Shown: positions 47,227 to 56,848 of the stretch, piece after piece
How the letters are laid out: each line of letters opens with the position of its first letter
Numbering within the stretch: the stretch's first letter is position 1
NCBI GenBank assembly: GCA_029258885.1
Contig: JAPDJW010000001.1
Span: forward strand, 192,001-256,000
DNA: 64,000 nucleotides
Source: Thermoproteota archaeon
Lineage (GTDB): Archaea; Thermoproteota; Thermoprotei; Thermofilales; B9-G17
Direction: 5' to 3'
Translations under genes and position numbers: made by a program
The notes under the pieces: model-generated
Told to the model about the DNA's origin: nothing
Seen by the model: only the letters and a program-made list of their open reading frames with translations
Databases searched by the model: none

Positions 47227-47760
47227 ATTAGTGATAACGACGTCACCTCCCCTAAGGTATAGGTTCCTCAACGACAGACCGTATGCTTTTCTCCGGAAGA
47301 ATAAGGCGTCGCGCCACGCTCTGCCTTTGAGATCACTAGTAAAACTGCCACGTATTACATGTGACCCCTTATACTCCATTATAATACACAAGTTATCTTT
47401 TCTACATGATATCGAGTTATTCTTCCTTTCTAAATCTTCGCATATAATTGTGGGGCATAGAACATCAATAAGCTCTATATCCCTCAAAGCCTTTACGTAG
47501 CACTGAAAGAATATACAGTCTTTGCTAAATGTGAATGAGTGTACTATTGAAAACTCGGCATATAGCCCCCTAAATATGCAGAAGTTCTTGGCTGGTTCTA
47601 TTCTATACGGAAATAATACGTCATCGAAGAATTCGAAGGGTAGAAACGTGATTAAGCAATTTGCTGAGGCTGAATGAATTAGAAGATTTGTGCCGTCAAT
47701 TACTTCAATGCCTACCTCTCCTCCACCTGTAAAACACTTGTGAATACATCGTTTAAACAT
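47185..47760 (-). CDS. Hypothetical beta-rich protein
   Basis: A 191-codon ORF filling the gap between genes, GGTG RBS near an internal start; overlaps the 3' end of the methyltransferase. Confidence 0.5.
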   Translation of the reverse strand: MFKRCIHKCFTGGGEVGIEVIDGTNLLIHSASANCLITFLPFEFFDDVLFPYRIEPAKNFCIFRGLYAEFSIVHSFTFSKDCIFFQCYVKALRDIELIDVLCPTIICEDLERKNNSISCRKDNLCIIMEYKGSHVIRGSFTSDLKGRAWRDALFFRRKAYGLSLRNLYLRGGDVVITNLRINIRLITDHSR

Positions 47761-47865
47761 TACTATCCCAGTAATAAGGGGAGGTCTACAGTAATAAAGC
47801 GTCCCCTTAGTGGACAGATAATTTAAAGTATAAATAACTTCCTAAATAGCTTATATACTGGGCTG

Positions 47866-48552
47866 GTGATAATAGTGGTTAAACCCGATCTTCAAACACC
47901 ATTTATAGTTAGAGTATTCGGGGATAAAGTTAAGGAGTGGAAAAAGGTAGGTGGTGCTACTCAACTAATATTTCATAACTCAAAGTTCAGCGAAATGTAC
48001 GTCCTACGGGTTCCAATACCCTTATCATTCGACGTAAAGCATGTCTTCATAGCAATCACACCCGTAATTTCAAGGGAAAAAATGAACCAGGAGATGAAGG
48101 AGGCATATAAGCTTCTAAAAGGAACCGAGGCAACCCTAAAGTATAGGGGTTTATTTTCACGTACGCCATTCTTCGACCACCTACCTAAGCTGAGTCAGCT
48201 GAAAGCATACATACCTGAGCTGGAAATCAGTAATCTAGTAACTGCTAGGTTAAACAGCGACACAGAGCTGTTAAAACTGATAAAAGACGTGAAGCCCGGC
48301 AAGATAAACATTGAATTAAAATCCATACCCGAATATATGGTCTTCGGAGGGCAGGCAGGGGATGCTAGAATGCAGGCCGAGGTTTATTATTACTCCGACC
48401 CCACAGAAATTACTTGGATAACTACCCTTGAGACTATGATCATAAGAGGACCTAAAGTAAGGAAGAGTTCTGGCAAAATACTGGAGATATTGAATAGAAT
48501 AAGCCAACACCTAATAGATGCATCCTCGAGCATAATCTCTAAGGCGAAGTAG
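47866..48552 (+). CDS. Hypothetical protein (228 aa)
   Basis: GTG start, normal composition, stop abuts the next gene's ATG. Confidence 0.7.
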   Translation: MIIVVKPDLQTPFIVRVFGDKVKEWKKVGGATQLIFHNSKFSEMYVLRVPIPLSFDVKHVFIAITPVISREKMNQEMKEAYKLLKGTEATLKYRGLFSRTPFFDHLPKLSQLKAYIPELEISNLVTARLNSDTELLKLIKDVKPGKINIELKSIPEYMVFGGQAGDARMQAEVYYYSDPTEITWITTLETMIIRGPKVRKSSGKILEILNRISQHLIDASSSIISKAK

Positions 48553-48553
48553 A

Positions 48554-49687
48554 GTGAATATCCTAACGGATAAAGGCGGTGTAGCCTGTATATTCATACT
48601 TATCCTAATTATGGCTAACGGTAGCCTTATAGTAAGCCTAACAAGGGTAAAGTATAGCCTTACAATTTCATTCCTAATAGAAAACGTGGGAGACAGTACG
48701 ATCACATATAACATTGGATGCCTTGGCCCCAAGGTATACTTAATCCCGACAATAGAGGGATGGCAGGAGCTGGCGGATATCATCGTGTTGGTGAATGGAC
48801 ATAGGGAGGAGTATGTAATTTCGTCAGATGGCGATGGTAATACTCTAGTTAAACTGCGGAATAATATGCTCATAAGGCGTGGGGAATCAGTTAATATCAC
48901 CGTAATCCAGGAAATCTGGGTATACTGGTCACTCATGGGGCTAGGATTTATAAGGAAGAGGGCGGTTCTACCGCAATCACTAAGCTTTAGCATCAGCGAA
49001 ATACCGTTAAATATGTCTAAGTATGCCTATTTAAACGAGAAGTGGTCCTGGTGGCTTAAGGGAGAAAATAAGGAGTTCTTTGAGGAGAAGCTACACGAGA
49101 TTCTTTCTCGAGCAAATACTAAGGATTTAGCCGAAGTCATTAGGAGAATTTCGCTGTGGGTTAACACATACGTGGAGGACGAACAGACGAGTGATAACGT
49201 TAAAACACCTATTGAAACGCTACATAAGATGAAGGGCACGTGTATGGATCAAGCCTTCCTAATATCTGCTGCACTAAGATACTATCGGATACCAGCGGTT
49301 ATAGCCTATAGCATAGTTTACAGAGAGGGCACCTATAAAATAAATCTTAGTAACTATGAAGAGGAGTATGTAAACGTCTATCCTCATGCGTTTGTCATGT
49401 GCTGGGCGCCTACCGTAGGCTGGTTTCCAATAGATACGGCATATAATGCTCAAGATCCCATAGGGGGTGCAGCCATAAACGTATTTGATAATGTAATAAT
49501 TTTAGCTAAAATGGTTGAAAGCAATCCGGTGGAGTTCTTATCATACCCGCTGCCCAGCGACAATGTAAACCTTAAAGTTAAAATTATGCTAGTGAAAACC
49601 TCGAATCCCCTTATAACACTAGCATTAATCTGCCTAGCACTAATAGCGCTAACTTTCTTCTTATTAAAAATAGCTAGGAGGCATTAG
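48554..49687 (+). CDS. Membrane-anchored transglutaminase-like domain protein
   Basis: Catalytic triad context GTCMDQA / PHAFV / WFPIDT; N- and C-terminal hydrophobic helices. Confidence 0.85.
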   Translation: MNILTDKGGVACIFILILIMANGSLIVSLTRVKYSLTISFLIENVGDSTITYNIGCLGPKVYLIPTIEGWQELADIIVLVNGHREEYVISSDGDGNTLVKLRNNMLIRRGESVNITVIQEIWVYWSLMGLGFIRKRAVLPQSLSFSISEIPLNMSKYAYLNEKWSWWLKGENKEFFEEKLHEILSRANTKDLAEVIRRISLWVNTYVEDEQTSDNVKTPIETLHKMKGTCMDQAFLISAALRYYRIPAVIAYSIVYREGTYKINLSNYEEEYVNVYPHAFVMCWAPTVGWFPIDTAYNAQDPIGGAAINVFDNVIILAKMVESNPVEFLSYPLPSDNVNLKVKIMLVKTSNPLITLALICLALIALTFFLLKIARRH

Positions 49688-50287
49688 CTACTTAAGCTTT
49701 CTACCACAATGAGGACAGAATATGTGAATGTCTCCTAATGGAAGGTCACCGCCGCAATAGGGGCAACGTTTCTTTGTAGCTATAGTAGCTTTCTCCGGAA
49801 GTTTAGCTATAGCAGACGTACTAACCGTTGTAGCTGGTAACTGACGAACCTGAGGTATTTGTCTAGTTGAAAGCGCTGGAGGAGCTGCCGTTTCAGTTGG
49901 AGCAACCCTAGCTGGAGCGAGTTCAGTTGGAGGAAGAGCTACACGAGAAGCCTCTAAAAATTTCGTAATTCTTCTATAAGTCTTCTTGACTATATAGTCT
50001 GATGAGAACGTTATCAGAAGCACTACCGACGCTAAGAGAGCTCCTTCAGTTATAAGTATAAACATAGTTAACCCACAAACTATATCACTCATAGTTGTCG
50101 TACTAGCAGTTTCGTTCGCTAGCATTAGACTGGATATGCTGTTCCCTCGCATGCTCGGAATAAACATAGCAACAATAATACCAACAACAAAGACTACTAT
50201 TGATAGAATCAACCCAGGCACTAATGTAATAACCCTTTTTTCTACAACCTTTTTCCTTTTCTTCGCCCTACTTTTCTTTTTAGGCAT
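49688..50287 (-). CDS. Membrane protein with Pro/Thr/Ala-rich linker and C-terminal zinc ribbon
   Basis: Two TM helices and CPYCG...FCPHCG. The start is placed at ATG 50287 (MPKKK) behind AAGGTGA. Confidence 0.75.
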   Translation of the reverse strand: MPKKKSRAKKRKKVVEKRVITLVPGLILSIVVFVVGIIVAMFIPSMRGNSISSLMLANETASTTTMSDIVCGLTMFILITEGALLASVVLLITFSSDYIVKKTYRRITKFLEASRVALPPTELAPARVAPTETAAPPALSTRQIPQVRQLPATTVSTSAIAKLPEKATIATKKRCPYCGGDLPLGDIHIFCPHCGRKLK

Positions 50288-50307
50288 GATATCACCTTTA
50301 CAGTCCC

Positions 50308-50356
50308 TCAAGGAGGAATTTCAATCATTTAATCATAGCTTGGGCCCGACATCATC
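50308..50356 (-). ncRNA. Box C/D sRNA, predicted guide for tRNA-Pro(UGG) wobble U34
   Basis: Minus strand: ATGATGT, guide CGGGCCCAAGCT, D' ATGA, C' ATGATTG, D TTGA; 49 nt. The guide pairs with 25717-25727. Confidence 0.75.
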
Positions 50357-50424
50357 GGGGGCTTATACGATTATATTTACACCACATAGAAATATTTATC
50401 TTTTGTAAATACTTACTCCTCTAC

Positions 50425-51267
50425 GTGAAGCCCGATATAGTTCTGATTTCCTCGATTAAAGATCCAGCCAGCATTAACATACGGGATTTACTGATAAAAA
50501 AGTACAATCCAGAAAGGCTAACTGATAGGAAGATCAACGGCTTTACCGTTTATCACTTTAGAACATACAATAAGCTTATAGAGATAATAACTATATCCAG
50601 CGATCTCATATATGCTGAAGAGCTTAACAAAAGAGTGAAGGGAAAATTGTTCATATTTTTAAGCCGCCATAAATCGGAGGAGGCACTGCCTACGCTTACC
50701 GCTCACGTGCCCGGAAACTGGCTAAATACTGCTCCATATGGAGGAAGACCAAAGGATGTGTGTATAGCGCCAGCTAAAATGCTCAGTGTTTTCATAAAGG
50801 CATTATACAGAGAAAGGAGCAAGCTTAAACTAGATGACTGGAAATGCTCGCTTGAAGCAACGCACCATGGCCCATACATCGAGGAGGTTCCGACAATGTT
50901 TGTTGAAATAGGTAGTAGTATAAAGGAGTGGACGAATAAAACGGCCGCAGAAGCCATAGTCAATGCGTTAGACTGCGTTTTTAAGGCCGATATGGGGGAT
51001 GTGGCTGCAATAGGAATAGGAGGTCCTCATTATGCGCCGAAGATCACAAAGTTTGTCCTAGAGGAAAACATACCGGTTGGCCATATAATTCCCAAGTATG
51101 TTACTAGCCATATAGGCGACTATGAGCTAAACATGGCTATCGAAAAAACCTTTGAAGATGTTAAGTACGCAGTAATAGACTGGAAAGGTATACGGGGGAC
51201 TGACAGAAGGAGAATAATAGATATCCTCAAGGAAAGATATAGTTACATAGACATAGTGAGGATTTAG
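50425..51267 (+). CDS. dtdA: D-aminoacyl-tRNA deacylase (archaeal DtdA/DTD2)
   Basis: SRH.S, LTAHVPGN, EATHHGP, FVEIGS, GIGGPHYAP, GHIIPKY, IDWK motifs. Confidence 0.93.
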   Translation: MKPDIVLISSIKDPASINIRDLLIKKYNPERLTDRKINGFTVYHFRTYNKLIEIITISSDLIYAEELNKRVKGKLFIFLSRHKSEEALPTLTAHVPGNWLNTAPYGGRPKDVCIAPAKMLSVFIKALYRERSKLKLDDWKCSLEATHHGPYIEEVPTMFVEIGSSIKEWTNKTAAEAIVNALDCVFKADMGDVAAIGIGGPHYAPKITKFVLEENIPVGHIIPKYVTSHIGDYELNMAIEKTFEDVKYAVIDWKGIRGTDRRRIIDILKERYSYIDIVRI

Positions 51268-51563
51268 AAGCCAGAGAGAATAGCCTTAGCTCTCTCTATG
51301 AAGTCGCTCGACTCCATATTCAGCGTTGATATAGACTCCAGCCTGAATTCATTATCCACGTTATTTCCATATATTTTATCGAGTGCTGATCTGGCAGAGT
51401 CATTTATCTCAGCTATACGGGAGCGTATATATACAAAATCTTCTTCTAACTCGAGGACCAGTCGCTTAATCTCTAATAGCTCACTTTTATATTCGCTTGG
51501 AATACTATCGCTATAAAGCAGTCTATTTATCCTACTAATAATTTTCCTGAACTTTAAGTACAT
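51264..51563 (-). CDS. Small helical hypothetical protein
   Basis: 99-codon ORF with a coiled-coil pattern, converging on dtdA. Confidence 0.55.
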   Translation of the reverse strand: MYLKFRKIISRINRLLYSDSIPSEYKSELLEIKRLVLELEEDFVYIRSRIAEINDSARSALDKIYGNNVDNEFRLESISTLNMESSDFIERAKAILSGF

Positions 51564-51807
51564 GCTCTAACCCGAAAACCATCTAGAGAGAGGCTTAAAT
51601 ATTACTTCATGATCCTGCTAAAAAATATCATTTAGATAATATTGCACTATATGCATCCTTTTGTAATTATATGTAGCTGGTATAAGCAGTGTATCACCTA
51701 CATGCAATTATTAGAACCCATTTTATAGCAGCGTAGCATTAACATGTTATCTTATTGGCCGCCGCGTGCAGACGAATGTATAACTGCTTCACGGAGTTTT
51801 AACTATA

Positions 51808-53265
51808 TTAGTAGTTAAAAACTACACGCCTTACGGTAGCGACAAAATCTTTAAGGCATAGTGTGATAGCATATCGCCACGGAGTTTTCATTACACTACC
51901 GTATTCATTTATATACTTAATTCGAGAGGATGTGGGTGGATGGGGATTCCAAGAGAGCCATCTAACCAGCTTATACGTGCTATTCTCTTCCTTTATAACG
52001 CGCATGAAGTCTATTTTATTTAATGCAGACGATAAACTTAGGGGGTCTCTGGTAGCTAGTATAGCTTCAAGATCAGCTCGAGCCTCTATAAACTTTGCAA
52101 CGAAGAATAAGGTGGTTAGCGATGCTATTAAGTACGCCCAGTCCATCGGAGGCGCAAACGGCCTTAAGTATAGCAGGATGTATAGCCTTAGGAAGTATTC
52201 GATTAGGCTTAAAGCACATATTAACAGCAGGTCATGATGTTTAACATGGCTAGCCTCATGAGCTATCACGGCCTCAATCTCCGGTTTCGATAATCTCGTT
52301 AAAAGCCCCGATGTAACTAGTAAAGTGGAGAAGTGATGAGCTACCCCGCTGCTAGCAGCATTAGGCCAAATTACATTTTTTAAAACTATTTTTGGTGTAG
52401 GTAATCCCATTTTTCCGAATACCTCGGAGACTATTCCGTAGAGATCTATCTCCTTAACTATGACGTCCTTTTGATCCATGATGATATTGAAGTCCCTGAG
52501 TACATGAACCACTTTTTCCTCTATACTATCTGAACTAAGGATTAATGCATTGTATATAGAGCGCTTAATTCTATACTTATGTTTAAGAAAGACTGTGCTG
52601 ATAAGCTTATCATAAGTTTCAGGGGGAAACTTTAAACCTATAATCAATACCTTGCCATGTTTTCTTGTGATGGTCCAATCTCCCATGCATGCAACAATCT
52701 TATTCGATAGGATCACTAGCATTATATTTACTATGAAGATTGAGTATATTGCATTATAAAGTCCTATAATCATAGATAAAATGTAAAAGACTATTATAGA
52801 GAATAGCCATATCGAAAACATGTTCCCAAAGAAAACCCTACTTAACGCTGCTCTAAGTGTCGAATGCTCGCTTCTTGGTACTATATTTAGTCCGGGTACA
52901 TAAACGTAGTATATAACGCCGACGCCTCCTGTAAGGCCGAAGAGATAGGTAGCTTCTCTTATCATTCTGGAGATTATGGGAATAAAGTTTTTGTGTAATT
53001 TATCGTACACCGTTATCTCATAGAAGGGTTTTCTAGATGCTACAACAAGAATATCAATGCATACATCGTAGCCTAACTTAAGACGGATTACTATGCATGG
53101 ATAACCTTCATAAAATGTCTTATATGCATAGGATATTGAGTCCCCGTACTCTACCTCAAAAAGCTTTCTTATGAACTCTAAATATACATCATTTTTCTCA
53201 GGCTCAATCTCAATGCTAGTAATACGGTGTCTCTCCACGAGTATGCTTGTATCCACTACTAACAC
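51808..53265 (-). CDS. M48 (HtpX-like) zinc metallopeptidase with a long N-terminal extension
   Basis: PNAASSG, LLVTSGLL..L, VIAHEASH, E.RAD, HPP...RI motifs; several TM helices. Confidence 0.88.
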   Translation of the reverse strand: MLVVDTSILVERHRITSIEIEPEKNDVYLEFIRKLFEVEYGDSISYAYKTFYEGYPCIVIRLKLGYDVCIDILVVASRKPFYEITVYDKLHKNFIPIISRMIREATYLFGLTGGVGVIYYVYVPGLNIVPRSEHSTLRAALSRVFFGNMFSIWLFSIIVFYILSMIIGLYNAIYSIFIVNIMLVILSNKIVACMGDWTITRKHGKVLIIGLKFPPETYDKLISTVFLKHKYRIKRSIYNALILSSDSIEEKVVHVLRDFNIIMDQKDVIVKEIDLYGIVSEVFGKMGLPTPKIVLKNVIWPNAASSGVAHHFSTLLVTSGLLTRLSKPEIEAVIAHEASHVKHHDLLLICALSLIEYFLRLYILLYLRPFAPPMDWAYLIASLTTLFFVAKFIEARADLEAILATRDPLSLSSALNKIDFMRVIKEENSTYKLVRWLSWNPHPPTSSRIKYINEYGSVMKTPWRYAITLCLKDFVATVRRVVFNY

Positions 53266-53328
53266 CAGTTTAATATGAAGCTAGAATAATAAAAATAGGT
53301 AAACTATTAAGGTTTTCTAAAAAGCAGG

Positions 53329-55326
53329 TTAATCGATATTTATGTCTTCCTCCTCTTCCTCGCCTTCCTCCTCCTCTTTCTCCTCTTCCTTACCGGATAT
53401 GAGCTTTACAGCTAGGAGCAGTGCAGTAAGAGCAATCGTAAGGCCAGCAACTTCCTCCACCGTGACTGCTACATTAACGTACGGGATCGTGAAGAGCACG
53501 TTAAGCTTCATGTTTATCTCCATATCTCCATTGAGCTCGAGGTTCTCCGTCTTTTCCACTCTCTTGTACTTCCCAACTACCTGGTAGGTTCCCTCGGGTA
53601 TCTGTTCGAAGACCGCTATTCCATCCTTACCTGTCTCCTTTATATCAAGTACGTTGCCATTTTCGTCCACTATTGAGATCTCAGTTTCGCCTAGCGGCTG
53701 CCCTAGGAAGTTGGTAGCCTTTACCGTGAGGTAATATACTTTACACTTTGCTTCAATGAATCTCTCGGTTACAGTCTTGATTGTGGTTTCATAAACGTAT
53801 TTACCCTTAAACTTTATCGCTAGCGTGTGTTCACATGGCTTATAGAGCTTGACCTCAGCATATCCTGAGGCATTAGTTTTCGTAACATATCCTCCTAGAC
53901 TAGCCACTTCCACTATTGCATTGGCTAAAGCTTTGCCCCTCGAATCAACGGCCTTGATTATAAGTGGTTTCCACGATATGTCTATGGTATATGTTCCGTA
54001 TTCAACGATATTTCCCGTCTTTATCTGAATATATGCCTCGCTCTCGAAGACGCTTATTGACCTTAAAGAGGAGCCCCACGGCAGTGTGCTTTCAAAGTAT
54101 GTACCAAGACTGGCGCCGGATGGAGACTTAACGTCCCTTATTTCACCGTAGCTGGGTATCTGTACCACCAGGTATGCGTATTTAACGTTGCCGATATCTC
54201 TCTCCGTTACTGCTATTTTAACTCCGTTCGGATACCACTCGCCCCTGGCCTTTATAGATATCGGTATGTATATCATGCTTATAGGATAGCTCTTCTCGTT
54301 AACTACCTTAAACCATGGACTGAAGACAACGTATGCCTTTGCATTGAACACGAAGTTTATGGGAGGTATCAAGTAGGAGACGCCGCCAGCAGTTATAGTT
54401 TCATGTATTGAATACACGAAATCAGTCAGTCCAGCCTCAATGTACATACCGCCTTTCTCCTTGTTTACCTCCGGGGTCATACTGTAGAGCACAACAGCGT
54501 ATCCCATCAACTGCCAATCGTTTCTACCCTGAACTGAAATAACCTTTGAGCCTCCAGCTGGAATAGTTTCATTGTAGAATTTCTCTTCAACTACTAGGAA
54601 TGCTGAAGGTAGTCTGTATTCGTCGCCCTGATTCAGCACTATCCTGTACTCGCCCTCAGGTAGGCCGTGGCTGAATGAGAGCATTACATGCTTGGGATCC
54701 ACGCCTACGGCCTCAGGATCTATATCTTCCTGAGTACTGCTGTTTGTTAGCGATACGCCTGAAGGGCCTATTACATCCTTAACCTGATACGGAGCGTAGT
54801 TGTCGATCGAAAACTTTACCGTTAAATTGGAGAGCTGGAATGGAGGCTCCGGTTCCTCTACAGATATTAATATTTCTGTGGTATCAAGTGGAACCCACTC
54901 TTCCTTAACGTAGGTGACGATTATCCTAGCGTTAAACTGCACCTCTGTAATGCCGTTGTTAGCCAGCTTTATTACATCCTTTCTAGATATAATTGCAGTA
55001 AGCCTTCCATTGGCTTCACGTTTTCTATCGAAAACTACTGGAACTATGTTTTCAGGGAATCCGTTTTCACAGCGTACCTCAAAATACTTCAGCATGTATC
55101 CTGTCGGCTCTGGAGGAGCCATAAGCTCCAAAATGTCTCCTGGCTTAAGGGAGAACGTTCTAACGACATCACTCACTATAATATACTCTACCTTAGCCAT
55201 GTAGAAGCCTGAATTCTCATCCGGCGTAGCTTTAACTGAAGTTGCATTAGATGTATATAGAGCATTAACTAAAACCATTACTAGGGCTAGGGTCAAACAT
55301 CCTAAAATCCTAAACTTACGCCTCAT
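53329..55326 (-). CDS. Secreted, membrane-anchored surface protein with carboxypeptidase-regulatory-like (Ig) domains
   Basis: Signal peptide, VDSRGKALANA.V...TNASG.A and TN..GQPL...TGKDG.A repeats, C-terminal TM helix and acidic tail. Confidence 0.8.
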   Translation of the reverse strand: MRRKFRILGCLTLALVMVLVNALYTSNATSVKATPDENSGFYMAKVEYIIVSDVVRTFSLKPGDILELMAPPEPTGYMLKYFEVRCENGFPENIVPVVFDRKREANGRLTAIISRKDVIKLANNGITEVQFNARIIVTYVKEEWVPLDTTEILISVEEPEPPFQLSNLTVKFSIDNYAPYQVKDVIGPSGVSLTNSSTQEDIDPEAVGVDPKHVMLSFSHGLPEGEYRIVLNQGDEYRLPSAFLVVEEKFYNETIPAGGSKVISVQGRNDWQLMGYAVVLYSMTPEVNKEKGGMYIEAGLTDFVYSIHETITAGGVSYLIPPINFVFNAKAYVVFSPWFKVVNEKSYPISMIYIPISIKARGEWYPNGVKIAVTERDIGNVKYAYLVVQIPSYGEIRDVKSPSGASLGTYFESTLPWGSSLRSISVFESEAYIQIKTGNIVEYGTYTIDISWKPLIIKAVDSRGKALANAIVEVASLGGYVTKTNASGYAEVKLYKPCEHTLAIKFKGKYVYETTIKTVTERFIEAKCKVYYLTVKATNFLGQPLGETEISIVDENGNVLDIKETGKDGIAVFEQIPEGTYQVVGKYKRVEKTENLELNGDMEINMKLNVLFTIPYVNVAVTVEEVAGLTIALTALLLAVKLISGKEEEKEEEEGEEEEEDINID

Positions 55327-55424
55327 ACCTCACCTTTAACATCACATGGAGAAAATATATTAAACACTGATACTTTCGGAGAATGAAACCATATTCAAAT
55401 AATACCCGAATATTCAATCTACAT

Positions 55425-55952
55425 CTATTTCTTCTTACGCCACTTCAATAGGCCGTGTTTCTTAAACAAACTGTAGAGTTTAGACCAGCTAACACGAATA
55501 TTATAGTTTAATCTTATGTAGTCGACAATCTCCCTATAAGTATATCCCTGACGTCTCAGCTTAATTATCTCACGTATAACAGTTTCAGAGTACCTAGTTC
55601 TATGTTTAACTAAATTATGACGCTCGAGTATTGTCCTTAACTTGGCCATAGTGAGCCTATACCCTTTACTCCTAAGTAATTCATCTAAAATTTCCCTATA
55701 CGTTAACCCTTTCTTCCTAAGGCTTACAACAAGCTCCTGAACTTCATCTGGAACATTGAGGCGTCTAGGCTTATACTTTTTAACTAACCCGTGTCTCTTA
55801 AATATTCTAAATAATGTGCTTCTGGATATTGGATGCCCCATTTCCTTAAGCATATTTACTATATCATTTACTGGTTTTCCTTCAAGTTTAGCTTTAATAG
55901 CCGCCCTTATCGCCTCCTCTCTACTGACGTATCTTAACTTCCTTCGTTTCAT
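55425..55952 (-). CDS. Triple tandem helix-turn-helix DNA-binding protein
   Basis: Three ~55-aa units with the pattern L-[R/K]-x-x-G-x-[T/P]-x-x-[E/D]-I...L-x-x-[I/L]-x-[K/E]-[R/K]-H-[G/N]-L. Confidence 0.8.
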   Translation of the reverse strand: MKRRKLRYVSREEAIRAAIKAKLEGKPVNDIVNMLKEMGHPISRSTLFRIFKRHGLVKKYKPRRLNVPDEVQELVVSLRKKGLTYREILDELLRSKGYRLTMAKLRTILERHNLVKHRTRYSETVIREIIKLRRQGYTYREIVDYIRLNYNIRVSWSKLYSLFKKHGLLKWRKKK

Positions 55953-55959
55953 ACCTCAC

Positions 55960-56766
55960 CTAACCTAAGGAGAGTGACAGGAGTTTCAATACAATATTTC
56001 CGTAGAGCCTATATGTAATAAAGCCGAAGGCTATAAATACTATTAGAGGTATAGTTGGCGCCGCCCAAATATAATCATTTGGAGAATATTTGCCAATAAA
56101 GTAACTGTCCCCCTTAATCCTACAGCTTAAAATTAGCCGTCTCTTCTTGTTACTTCTTATTTCAGATGGGAAGTAGAAAAAAGGATTGTTTAAGAGATCC
56201 CCAACCCTGATCCTACAGGACGTAATTAAAATAATTATCTTCAGAAGTGCATTCCCCTCATATTCCCTAAATATATCTCTATCTTTAGCATAGAGGAGGA
56301 CGTTTCTTATAGCCAGTAGCAGAATAGTTAACATCGATAGAACGTAGCTGTTCACGATTATGGATAGAGATGGAATAACGTAAGATGATGCAGTTAGTCT
56401 AGGTAGTTCAATTAGTCCCAGGGCTATGAAAGCCTTAGCATCAGCACCGCCGAAGAAGCCGGAATACCCCAATGTTAGAGAGAAAACCAGTGCTATAGAC
56501 AATGATATCACGTAAAGTAGTGCCGTTAGATAGTGAAATTCCGCAATTAGCTGGTAAATGGTTACAGGGAGCCCTATAAGGAGCATTAAAATCCATATAA
56601 TATCGCTTATCTCCCGTGTCCTAAGATCCATGTATGATGCCGCCAGAAGCAGTATTGAGACTAAGATATCTCTTACCATGAAGATATTGAACGTAGCAGC
56701 CATAGTAGCAATTATTATGGTATTATGGTATTTAAGCTTGTACAGATTTAAGTAGCAACGTATCAC
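55960..56766 (-). CDS. Prepilin/preflagellin peptidase (A24, PibD/FlaK-like)
   Basis: ASYMDLRTREISD and FGGADAKA catalytic Asp motifs; W..PTIP.I C-terminal motif. Confidence 0.88.
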   Translation of the reverse strand: MIRCYLNLYKLKYHNTIIIATMAATFNIFMVRDILVSILLLAASYMDLRTREISDIIWILMLLIGLPVTIYQLIAEFHYLTALLYVISLSIALVFSLTLGYSGFFGGADAKAFIALGLIELPRLTASSYVIPSLSIIVNSYVLSMLTILLLAIRNVLLYAKDRDIFREYEGNALLKIIILITSCRIRVGDLLNNPFFYFPSEIRSNKKRRLILSCRIKGDSYFIGKYSPNDYIWAAPTIPLIVFIAFGFITYRLYGNIVLKLLSLSLG

Positions 56767-56848
56767 ACATTTACGCGAGAAAAAATAAATGTATGATATT
56801 CAAAATGTAAGTTAAAGCGTACCCAGCCTGTAGATTGTCGGTGAAAAA

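Noticed and set aside
47775-47817. TAAGGGGA/TCCCCTTA hairpin followed by ACA, as a possible H/ACA RNA
   Set aside because: There is no kink-turn motif or symmetric pseudouridylation pocket; it is more simply a hairpin in a divergent promoter region.
51564-51807. AT-rich 245-bp gap as a hidden gene or ncRNA
   Set aside because: I found only very short ORFs and no boxes or stable stems.
53342-53395. (TCC/TCT)n tract as a simple-sequence repeat or contingency locus
   Set aside because: It is imperfect and simply encodes the poly-Glu tail.
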